Assembly: GCA_009781175.1 (NCBI GenBank)
Contig: WQYQ01000013.1
Location: 13,581-77,580 of the forward strand
Origin: Betaproteobacteria bacterium
Lineage (GTDB): Bacteria; Pseudomonadota; Gammaproteobacteria; Burkholderiales; Rhodocyclaceae
Length of the DNA stretch: 64,000 nt
Reading direction: 5' to 3'
Position 1 is the first letter of the stretch. The number at the start of each line of letters is the position of its first letter. Below, piece by piece: positions 27,760-37,034 of this stretch. A program made the translations under genes and the position numbers. Below the pieces are notes generated by a model, which did not search any database, was not told where the DNA came from, and worked only from the letters and a program-made list of their open reading frames with translations.

Positions 27760-29088
27760 TTAAAGCCGCCCCTCGGCCTTGATCGCGAGATAGCGGTTGA
27801 TCGTGGCCACGGCTAACTCCTGCGGCTGCACATCGAGACACAACACCCCGCTCTGGCGCAGGCGGCGCAGCGTGGCCATGCGGCGTTCGCGGTATTCGAG
27901 CGCGGCGGCGCGCAGCGCGAGCGTTTCCGCATCTTCCGCGTGGATGCCGCAAGCCTCGTCGAGCGCCTGTTCGCGCAGACTGGCGACGAGCACGAGGTGA
28001 TGGCGTCCAAGCAGGCGGCAGGCGGCAAGCAGGCCGGCGTCGTCCTCGTCGCGCAGATTGGTCAGGATCACGACGAGGCTGCGCTTGCGTTCGAGGCGCA
28101 GCAGAGCCTGCGCGGCCTGTTCAAAATCGCTGGCTTCGAGCGTCGGCTGCAGGTCGTACACCGCATGCAGAATGCGTGAAAGCGTGGCGACGCTCTTTTT
28201 CGGCGTCAGCCGGCGCGAATGGCCGCCGAGCGTCATCAGCCCCACTGCGTCGCCGTGATGCAGCCCGACATGGGCGAGCAGCAGCAGCGCGTCGAGCGCA
28301 TGGTCGAAGTGCGAAAGCGGCGCTGCGTCGTCGGCCCCGGCCGCTTCGCGCGCGCCCATGCGGCGGCCGCAGTCGACGAGCAGCAGAATGCGCTGATCGC
28401 GTTCGTCTTGGTATTCGCGCGAGATCAGCTTGTCGAAGCGGCGCGAGGCTTTCCAGTCGATCCGGCGCGGACTGTCGCCGATCCGGTATTCGCGCAATTG
28501 ATCGAAGTCGAGCCCTTCGCCACGGCGGCGGCGCTTGAGCACGCCCGTGCGCGCCGTGCTGGATGAAGTCGCTTGCAGCGCATGGCGTGCGATGGCGGAA
28601 AAGTCCGGGAAAACGCGGATCGATGTCTCGCATGGCGTGGCGTGCTGACGCCACCATAGCGCCCAGGGTGAGCGCACGCGCACGACGATCGGGCCGAAAT
28701 GATGCTCGCCGCGCGCCATCGGCTTCATCCGGTAACGCAACTGCTGCGGCGCGTCGCAGGAAAGGCGCAATTGCGCGGGCAGCATTTCGCTGGCGCAGGA
28801 AAGCGGCAGATGGTCGAAAACCTTGACGAGCGGACGGCGCTGCCCGGCCCATGAAAACAAGAGCGTGACGCGCGCCGGCGCGCCGAGCGCAAGCGTGCCG
28901 GCATGTTGGCGGACTGCGCCCGGCATGCGCTCCCAGATGCTCCATGCCAGATCGAACAGGGCGATCAGCAACACGCCCGCGCCAGCCCACCAGCAGAGCG
29001 GGCGCAGCGTGGGGAAAAACGCCGCGAGCGTCGCCAGCGCGCACCAGGCGGCGCACAGCGCAAGCAGGTTCAGCGAAGGGATCGGCAT
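27760..29088 (-). CDS. DUF58 (VWA-like) membrane protein
   Basis: FDQLREYRIGD, IDWKAS, LLVDCGRRM; lies downstream of MoxR. Confidence 0.9.
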   Translation of the reverse strand: MPIPSLNLLALCAAWCALATLAAFFPTLRPLCWWAGAGVLLIALFDLAWSIWERMPGAVRQHAGTLALGAPARVTLLFSWAGQRRPLVKVFDHLPLSCASEMLPAQLRLSCDAPQQLRYRMKPMARGEHHFGPIVVRVRSPWALWWRQHATPCETSIRVFPDFSAIARHALQATSSSTARTGVLKRRRRGEGLDFDQLREYRIGDSPRRIDWKASRRFDKLISREYQDERDQRILLLVDCGRRMGAREAAGADDAAPLSHFDHALDALLLLAHVGLHHGDAVGLMTLGGHSRRLTPKKSVATLSRILHAVYDLQPTLEASDFEQAAQALLRLERKRSLVVILTNLRDEDDAGLLAACRLLGRHHLVLVASLREQALDEACGIHAEDAETLALRAAALEYRERRMATLRRLRQSGVLCLDVQPQELAVATINRYLAIKAEGRL

Positions 29089-29102
29089 TTTGGGCGGCGG
29101 TT

Positions 29103-29285
29103 TAGAGCGGTTTTGGTTTATGTGTGGATATACCCTCTCCCCCAGCCGGCTCCGCCCCCCTCGCTGCGCTCTCCCCGCAAGCGGGCGAGGGGAGCGTCTT
29201 TCCCTCTCCCACTTGTGGGAGAGGGTGCTCAGAAGGGGCGGGAGAGGGAAAGCGAAGCGTATACATTTGAATCAAAAATGCTCTA
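29103..29285 (-). mobile_element. ~180-bp palindromic MITE (TAGAGC...GCTCTA), copy 1
   Basis: Termini TAGAGCGGTTTT/AAAATGCTCTA; internal CCCTCTCCCACTTGTGGGAGAGGG palindrome; near-identical inverted copy at 41319-41490. Confidence 0.85.
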
Positions 29286-30257
29286 GTTGCGCGGCGCATC
29301 GACCTTGTCGAGCAGCGCCGCGATCAATTGTTCGACGCCGAGACCTTCGATTTCCGCTTCGGGCGAGAGGATGAGGCGGTGGCGCAAGGCCGCGGGGGCG
29401 ATGGCTTTCACGTCGTCGGGCAGCACGTAATCGTGGCCGGCGAGCAGGGCGCGCGCGCGCGCCGCGCGGACAAGCGCGATCGCGGCGCGCGGCCCCGCGC
29501 CGACGGCGACGCCCGGCCAGTCGCGCGTGCCGCGCACAATGCGCACGGCGTAGTCGAGCACCGACGGGTCGATCTTCAAATGCGCGGCGACTTCTTGCAG
29601 GGCGATTAGTTGCGCCGCGTCGGTAATCGCTTCGACGGCGTCGACATCGAGCCGGTCGCCGACTTTTCCGCCCGTGGCCCAGGTCACGAGCGCGCATTCG
29701 TCGGCGTGCGTGGGATAGTCGATCAGCACCTTGAGCAAGAAGCGGTCGAGCTGGGCTTCCGGCAGCGCGTAAGTGCCTTCCTGTTCGATCGGGTTCTGCG
29801 TGGCGAGGACGAGAAACGGCGGCGGCAGCGCATGCGCCGCGCCATCGAGCGTGACCTGCCCTTCCTGCATGACTTCGAGCAACGCGGCTTGCGTTTTGGC
29901 CGGCGCGCGGTTGATTTCGTCGGCGAGCACCAGGTTCGCGAACACCGGGCCGCGCCGCGTGGTGAACTGGCCGCTCTTGGCGTCGAAAAGCGTGTGGCCG
30001 GTGACGTCGGCGGGCATCAGATCGGGCGTGAACTGGATACGCGCGAAGCTGCCGCGGAAGGCGCGCGCGAGCGCTTTGACGAGCAGGGTTTTGCCGAGTC
30101 CCGGCACGCCTTCAAGCAGGATGTGGCCGCCTCCGATCAAGGCGCAGAGCGTGGCGTCGACGGCTTCGCGCTGGCCGATGAAAACGCGGCTGATCTGATT
30201 GCGCAGCCCGTTTGCGATCGCATGGGCTTCGGGGAGCGTGAGTGTGCTGGCTGTCAT
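29283..30257 (-). CDS. MoxR-family AAA+ ATPase
   Basis: GHILLEGVPGLGKT, IQFTPDLMPAD, ADEINRAPAKTQAALLE, NPIEQEGTY, DRFL; start ATG 30257. Confidence 0.95.
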   Translation of the reverse strand: MTASTLTLPEAHAIANGLRNQISRVFIGQREAVDATLCALIGGGHILLEGVPGLGKTLLVKALARAFRGSFARIQFTPDLMPADVTGHTLFDAKSGQFTTRRGPVFANLVLADEINRAPAKTQAALLEVMQEGQVTLDGAAHALPPPFLVLATQNPIEQEGTYALPEAQLDRFLLKVLIDYPTHADECALVTWATGGKVGDRLDVDAVEAITDAAQLIALQEVAAHLKIDPSVLDYAVRIVRGTRDWPGVAVGAGPRAAIALVRAARARALLAGHDYVLPDDVKAIAPAALRHRLILSPEAEIEGLGVEQLIAALLDKVDAPRN

Positions 30258-31480
30258 GAGGCGGATTCCCGGGACGGTTTGCGTGGAGCAGGGGTGCGAT
30301 GCGCGCGCAGCACATCGAGCGTGTGGGTCAATAAAGCTGCGTGGCGCGTGAATTCGCGCCGCTCGCGCACGTCGGTTTCGTTCAGCGCGCTGTGCAATGC
30401 CGACGCTGGCACGCCGGCGCGGTGTGCGATTTCCTCGATGCCGAGCGCGCCATTCGCTTGTTGTTGGGCGAGGCGGCGCAATTCGTCGCGCAGGCTTTTG
30501 AGCAGCGTGTCCCAATCCTTGCGCCCGAGGTAAAAAAGCCCGACCGCGCGCAGATGCGTGAGCAGACCCGGGCGCTGCGGCGGGGCTTCGCGGCGCAGCG
30601 GGCCGAAACGCGGGATGGCCCGCCACAGCGCGAGCAGGATCAGCAGCACGACGCCGCCCAATGTTTTCGGCGCATGCGCGATGAGCCACGCGGGCAGCGT
30701 CGGGTAGTCGGGCTCCGGCGCGAAGTAGACCGGCCCGCCGCGCCCGTCGAGCAAGATCCGCGCGGTGAGTTCCGCGTGGTCGACTTCGCCGATCGCGCCG
30801 TTGAGCAGGGCGCGGTTGTCGCAGATGGCGGTGACCAAACCCTTGCCGAGCGGCCAGCGCGCGATCGCCAGCGCGGGTTCGGAGATTTCCTTGGGCTTGG
30901 CGTGCGCCGGTTTCGGTTCGTCGTCGTCCTCGTCTTCATCCTCTTCGTCCGCGGTGTAGGGACGGTAGGGTTTGACGGAGGCTGACCAGATCAGCGGCGC
31001 AGCGACCTTGAAAACGTCGCAACTGAAAAGCTGCACCGTCAGCACGCGGCCTTCGAGCCGGATCGCTTCGGGCTTGTTCGCGTTATGACGTCCGATCCGC
31101 TGCAGGCCGAGCGTGGCGGTGAAGCGGTCGGACTGCTCCGGCCCGGCGACGGCGATGACCAGATGCCCGCCGCGCCGCACCCAGTCGACAATTTGCGGTT
31201 CCAGTTTCGCGGCGGCGGGCTCGGGCAGCACGCTGCCGATATGCAAAGTGGCCTGCGTGGGCAGATCAGTCAGTTGCGTCGGATCTTCGATCTTTTCGGC
31301 GCGGTAGCCGAGGCGCTGAATCAGCAGTCGCGCCGCGTAGTTGGGGTCGGCTTCGGCCTCGTCGCGCGCGCCGACGTGGCGTTTCTCCTCCACCCATTCG
31401 AGCCGGGGCAGGACGAAAGCGAGCAGCGCGGCGAGCAAGGCCCCGAGCAGCGCGTATTGGAGGAGCTGCTTGCGCGTCAT
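30254..31480 (-). CDS. DUF4350-domain membrane protein
   Basis: N- and C-terminal TM segments, WVRRGGHLVIA, NGAIGEVDHAEL, RFGP; operon context. Confidence 0.78.
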   Translation of the reverse strand: MTRKQLLQYALLGALLAALLAFVLPRLEWVEEKRHVGARDEAEADPNYAARLLIQRLGYRAEKIEDPTQLTDLPTQATLHIGSVLPEPAAAKLEPQIVDWVRRGGHLVIAVAGPEQSDRFTATLGLQRIGRHNANKPEAIRLEGRVLTVQLFSCDVFKVAAPLIWSASVKPYRPYTADEEDEDEDDDEPKPAHAKPKEISEPALAIARWPLGKGLVTAICDNRALLNGAIGEVDHAELTARILLDGRGGPVYFAPEPDYPTLPAWLIAHAPKTLGGVVLLILLALWRAIPRFGPLRREAPPQRPGLLTHLRAVGLFYLGRKDWDTLLKSLRDELRRLAQQQANGALGIEEIAHRAGVPASALHSALNETDVRERREFTRHAALLTHTLDVLRAHRTPAPRKPSRESAS

Positions 31481-32985
31481 CGCAAGGCTCCGAACGCCTC
31501 GGCCCAACCGCGGCACAGGCGCGCGCTTTGGTCTTGCGGCAATTGACGGTCCGCATAGGCGACGCTCTGCCAGCTATGCGTGAGGTCGGCGAAAAAAGCG
31601 CGCATCGGCAAGGCGGCGCGCGTCACGCGTAGAAGGCAGTCGCCCTCCGTGTCACCGCGCGCGAACGGAATCTGCGCGCGATGCGCGAGGCGCGACAATG
31701 CGCCGCGATACAGCAAGGCCAGTCCTTCGCGTGCTCGGCCTTGTGCGAACAGCGCTTGCGCTGCGGCGGCGATGTCGTCCGGGAGCGAGTCGGGGCGAAT
31801 GTCGAGTCCGGCGACCTCGGCTGGCGGCAGGGCCGGACGCCGCGCGGCCTGCATTCTGAGGATCTGGCGCGTGATGAACCAAAGCGCGAGACAGCCGAAC
31901 AGGCCGAGCAGAATCCAGACAAAAACGCGCCAGATTTCGGCGATCCATTTCCCGACGCCGGCCCAGAATTTGAACAAAGCCTTGAGCCAGGCGGGGATCG
32001 GGCCTTCGGCGCTGGGCTTTTCTTCTTCGTTGGAGCTTTTCCAGCGCAGCCTATGGACGCTTTCCTCGTGGCCGAATTCAGGCCGCGCCAGCACTTCCTT
32101 GATCGCCGTGGGCGCTTGCCGCGCGGCGCTTTCGCGCCGCGTCACCTCATCCGCCGCCATAGCCGGACCGGGTTGCAGCGCGGTCAGCGCCAGCGCCAAA
32201 ACAACGCCCAGGAGCAGGTTCGAGGCCGGCGGCAGAGTGAGCCGACGCATCTGCAATTCGACATCCCAGGCTTCGAGGTCGGTGCGGCGTTTCAAATACA
32301 GCCCGAAGCCGCCCGCGAGGTAAAAGGGTTCGACAAGCGCCACGGCCAGCCCGTAGCTGAGGAACCACAGCGCGGAAATCCACCGGGCGGGTTCCGACGA
32401 TCCGAAAAGCCCGCGCAGCAAGGGCGGAGCGAATTCGATATCGCCCGGGATCAGCATGGCGATGAGGACGGGGACGCCGAACCAGATCAGCGCTTCGAAA
32501 TTCACGAAACAGAACAGCAGCGCGATGCCGCTGCCGGATACGCGGCGGCTCAGCAGCTTGCGCCGTGCGCGCGCGGGAGCGCCGCGCAGCCCTTCGAGCT
32601 GCGCCACGGGCAGGCGCAGGGCGCGTTGAGTGTCGAAACGCTGCCAGCTCAGGGCGGCGAACAGACCGCTGTGGCGCACGAGGCTGGGCAGGGCGCGCAA
32701 GGTTTCGCGCAGGCCCGGCGTGGCGTCGAACACCCCGCGCGACAGCACATGCAGGGCGAGCCGGTCGTAGAGCGGTTTGAGCCACCACACGAAGAGCACG
32801 CCAAGATCGCTCGAATCGAGCCAGACAGCGAAGATCAGATAGGCCAGCGCGCAAACGCTCATTACCAGCGCCAGGCTGCTCAGAAACAGCGGGCGGGCGC
32901 AGCGCTGCGCGAGACGCAGCCCGAGGTCGATGGCTTCGAAGCCCGAACGCGGGCGCAGGGCGACGGCGAGCTTATCGGGCTGCAT
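31477..32985 (-). CDS. Membrane protein with a C-terminal DUF4129 domain
   Basis: LRPRSGFEAIDLG, YLKRRTDLEAWDVE, ALLYRGAL, TEGDCL, W-x-x-x-AYA. Confidence 0.82.
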   Translation of the reverse strand: MQPDKLAVALRPRSGFEAIDLGLRLAQRCARPLFLSSLALVMSVCALAYLIFAVWLDSSDLGVLFVWWLKPLYDRLALHVLSRGVFDATPGLRETLRALPSLVRHSGLFAALSWQRFDTQRALRLPVAQLEGLRGAPARARRKLLSRRVSGSGIALLFCFVNFEALIWFGVPVLIAMLIPGDIEFAPPLLRGLFGSSEPARWISALWFLSYGLAVALVEPFYLAGGFGLYLKRRTDLEAWDVELQMRRLTLPPASNLLLGVVLALALTALQPGPAMAADEVTRRESAARQAPTAIKEVLARPEFGHEESVHRLRWKSSNEEEKPSAEGPIPAWLKALFKFWAGVGKWIAEIWRVFVWILLGLFGCLALWFITRQILRMQAARRPALPPAEVAGLDIRPDSLPDDIAAAAQALFAQGRAREGLALLYRGALSRLAHRAQIPFARGDTEGDCLLRVTRAALPMRAFFADLTHSWQSVAYADRQLPQDQSARLCRGWAEAFGALR

Positions 32986-33958
32986 TGCGCCGGCCGGCAA
33001 ACAGGAAATAGGCCCCGACGAGGAGCCAGTTGAGGATGCCGACGGCGTATTTGAGCAGCGGCTCGAACTGGCGCGGCGACCAGAAGGCTTCGATGGCGGC
33101 GGCGATCAGCAGCATCGCCGCCGCGCCGGCGACGATTCCGACCACGCCTTGCCCCGCTTCGCGCAATGCCATGCCGCGCGGGCGGTCGCCGGGCGCGATC
33201 AAGGCCCAGCCGAGTTCCAGACCGGCCGCGCCGCACAGCGCGATGGCGGTGAGTTCAAAGGCGCTGTGCCCGGCGACGAAGGAATAGAAGCGCTCGGCAT
33301 AACCGAGATTGATGACATGCGCTTCGACGACGCCGAAGAAAACGCCGTTGTAAACGAGGGAAATCAGGGTTCCGAGCCCGAATATCACGCCGCTGGCGAA
33401 GGTGCGGAAACCGATGCCGATGTTGTTGAAGATGTAGTAGCCGAACATCGTCACATCGTCGCCCGCGTCGCGCGCGCGGCCAAGGGTGTCCGTGTGCGGG
33501 CCGTACATCTGGTCGAACTGGCGCAATTGCTCCTGCGGGAGCACGACGAAGGCGAAGTCGGGCCAGATGCGCACCGCGAGCGCGAGCAGCAGATAGGTCC
33601 CGTAAAACAGCAGCATCGCGGCGAAGACGACGTTTTTCTTGGCGCGCACCTGCTGCGCGAAGCCGCCGCCGAGAAAGCGCAGCCAAGCGTGCAGCCAGCC
33701 GCCCGGCGTGCCATAAAGCTTGTCATGCCCTGCCTGCGCGAGTTGATGCAGACGGCCGACGAGCGCCGGGCCGTAGTCGCGGCTGCGCGCCAGGGCCAGT
33801 TGGCCGCAGATTTCCCGGTAACGCGCCGGCGCTTCGTTGGCGGCGAAGGGTTTGGCTTGTTTGGCGCGCGCTCTGGCGGGCAGGCGTTCGCGCGCCAGCC
33901 AGGTTTCGAAAGCGACCCAGCGCGCGCCGAAATGCGCTTCGAACTGTTCCTGTTTCAT
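32972..33958 (-). CDS. SpoIIM-family (stage II sporulation protein M-like) membrane protein
   Basis: YIFNNIGIGF, FVAGHSAFEL, AAAIEAFWS. Confidence 0.9.
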   Translation of the reverse strand: MKQEQFEAHFGARWVAFETWLARERLPARARAKQAKPFAANEAPARYREICGQLALARSRDYGPALVGRLHQLAQAGHDKLYGTPGGWLHAWLRFLGGGFAQQVRAKKNVVFAAMLLFYGTYLLLALAVRIWPDFAFVVLPQEQLRQFDQMYGPHTDTLGRARDAGDDVTMFGYYIFNNIGIGFRTFASGVIFGLGTLISLVYNGVFFGVVEAHVINLGYAERFYSFVAGHSAFELTAIALCGAAGLELGWALIAPGDRPRGMALREAGQGVVGIVAGAAAMLLIAAAIEAFWSPRQFEPLLKYAVGILNWLLVGAYFLFAGRRNAAR

Positions 33959-34641
33959 CGCGCTTGTCCCGTCAACACGCGCGCCAGGCCGTACAGGCGT
34001 TCGACCGCCGTGCGGCCCTGCGCGCCGGCGGTGAGTTGCGGCGCGATTTCGGCAAGCTCCTCGGCGCGCTCGGGCGAGAGGCGCGGGGCGCGTTCGGCGT
34101 AGGCGAGCACGGCTTGCTGCAACGGGCGAGTGAGCGGAATGCGCGGCCGCCAGGCCGGCGCGGCGGGGACTTCGGGCAGCGGCGTGGGATCGATGCGGTA
34201 CGCGACGATGGTGCCGGCGACAAGATCGCCGATGCGGCGGAATTCGGATGTCAGCAGCATCGAAATGAGGCCGAGCGTGTAGAGGAAAGGGAGGAAGTCG
34301 ACGGTGCGCAGCAGATTGCGCGTCAGCGATGCGCCCCAGCCGACCGGGCTGCCGTCCTGATGCAGCACGTACAGGCCGAGCGCGCGCTTACCCGGCGTGG
34401 CGCCGCCGCCGAGGACTTCGAAAAACACCGGATAAAGCCATTCGAGGCCGAAGTACAAGATCAGCATGATGCCGCCGCCGATATGCCCGACGAAGCCCAA
34501 GGCAATATTCGCAAGCGCGAAAATGCCCGCGCGGATCAGCGTATCGAGCAGCCAGGCCAGAGCGCGCGGCACGGGGCCGGCGCAATGCACGCGCAGTTCG
34601 ATGAGTTCGGGCGTGGAGATTTCGCGGACGGTATCGAGCAT
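33955..34641 (-). CDS. RDD-family membrane protein
   Basis: TPELIEL, RALAWLLD, GATPGKRALGL, RNLLRTVD, RRIGDLVAGT. Confidence 0.9.
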   Translation of the reverse strand: MLDTVREISTPELIELRVHCAGPVPRALAWLLDTLIRAGIFALANIALGFVGHIGGGIMLILYFGLEWLYPVFFEVLGGGATPGKRALGLYVLHQDGSPVGWGASLTRNLLRTVDFLPFLYTLGLISMLLTSEFRRIGDLVAGTIVAYRIDPTPLPEVPAAPAWRPRIPLTRPLQQAVLAYAERAPRLSPERAEELAEIAPQLTAGAQGRTAVERLYGLARVLTGQAR

Positions 34642-34694
34642 GATGCGCTTGGCCGGGGGTTTTGCCCGGCCAGTCGGGCGTAGCGAGCAGTTTC

Positions 34695-35474
34695 TCAGCC
34701 TTCAATGAAGATATCGCGATAGGCGACATAGGTGGCCGCCAGCAGCGCCGGCCAAACCAGCAACAGGCCGAGCCCGAGGGGGATCATGCCCACCACCAGC
34801 GCGATCGTAGCGAGTACGCCATAAATCAGGACCGGCGCCCAGTTGCGCAAGCTTGCGGAGAAGCTGCGCTTCATCGCTTCGACGGGAGGAACGTCGTGAA
34901 ACACGACCAGTGCCGGAGCGAGCCACCAGCAGGCCGTGATCAGCATGCCGAGGACCAGGATGACCGGAATCGCGAGGAACAAACTGCCCATGCTAGCGAA
35001 GATGGCTTGTTGATTGTGGGTGGCGAAGGCCGTGAACAGGGAAAAACCGAAGAATACGATCACGATACCGAACAGCACCAGGCTCATCACCAGGGTGAGG
35101 ATACCGATGATGATCAGGGGGCCGGCCTTTTCCTTGAAGCCGGCGAAGACATCGCCGACTTCGATCGTGCCGCCCTGGGCCTGGCGTTGCGCGCCGATGA
35201 GGATGCCGCCGAAGAGAACCGGAAAAATCAGGTTGGAAAGCAGATTGACGAGCGGAATCATGCCGATGATGAACATGACGACAAGAATCACGATCGTAAT
35301 GAGCAGCCAGGGCACGAACTGAGCCAGCACCATTTTGAAGCCGCCGGTCAGCCAGCTTATGCCGTGGCCCGCATCCACGGTACGGCCTTCGGGGATGAAA
35401 TTCTCATTCTCGTGCGGCAGTTCGGAATCCTGCACGACGACGGACGGCGGCTGATAGGGATTGTGATCGCTCAT
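34695..35474 (-). CDS. BPSS1780-family integral membrane protein
   Basis: NPYQPP, GHGISWL, WWLAPALVVFHD, AMKRSFSASLRN. Confidence 0.8.
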   Translation of the reverse strand: MSDHNPYQPPSVVVQDSELPHENENFIPEGRTVDAGHGISWLTGGFKMVLAQFVPWLLITIVILVVMFIIGMIPLVNLLSNLIFPVLFGGILIGAQRQAQGGTIEVGDVFAGFKEKAGPLIIIGILTLVMSLVLFGIVIVFFGFSLFTAFATHNQQAIFASMGSLFLAIPVILVLGMLITACWWLAPALVVFHDVPPVEAMKRSFSASLRNWAPVLIYGVLATIALVVGMIPLGLGLLLVWPALLAATYVAYRDIFIEG

Positions 35475-35586
35475 GGCTGGGGGACCTCAGAGTGGAAAGT
35501 TGCGATCATACTTAGTTACAACCATTCCGCCAGACTATTGCATAGGTAGCGCGGAGAAATACCGGATTTCGGGCTGCGGTTTGTGC

Positions 35587-36642
<1,056 letters not shown>

Positions 36643-36934
36643 CGCGCGAGTTTATAGCGAATCGCATAAGAAATTTATGTTTTACCGGCTTTGCCTTGCC
36701 ACTGTCCGCGGCTAGAGATCGCTTACGCTCTGTGGCTTTTTAACTGCTTGCGCAGCGAAAATGTCATTTGTTGTTTCATCATCTGCCTCCAGCCTATAAC
36801 ATGGACCACAATAGACAACATGGCAAATTTGTTCACGAATATGTCCTTAGCATTTGATTTTTTTATATTTTTTCGCTTGTTTTGATTTCGATTCATAAAA
36901 ACTTAACATAAAAATTTTTCAATAATATTGAAGA

Positions 36935-37012
36935 TAAAGAAGGCGCCTAAAGAAGGCGCCTAAAGAAGGCGCCTAAAGAAGGCGCCTAAAGAAGGCGCCT
37001 AAAGAAGGCGCC
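36935..37012 (+). repeat. Tandem repeat, 6 perfect copies of TAAAGAAGGCGCC (13 bp)
   Basis: Direct count; ends 22 nt upstream of the autotransporter GTG. Confidence 0.97.
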
Positions 37013-37034
37013 GGGCTATTTTCGGAAGGTTTCC

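Noticed and set aside
30258-30689. Long N-terminal extension of MoxR in the ORF track
   Set aside because: Overlaps the DUF4350 gene in another frame; ATG 30257 gives the typical overlap and size
36935-37012. CRISPR-like repeat array
   Set aside because: Units are 13 bp and contiguous with no spacers, and no cas genes are in the window
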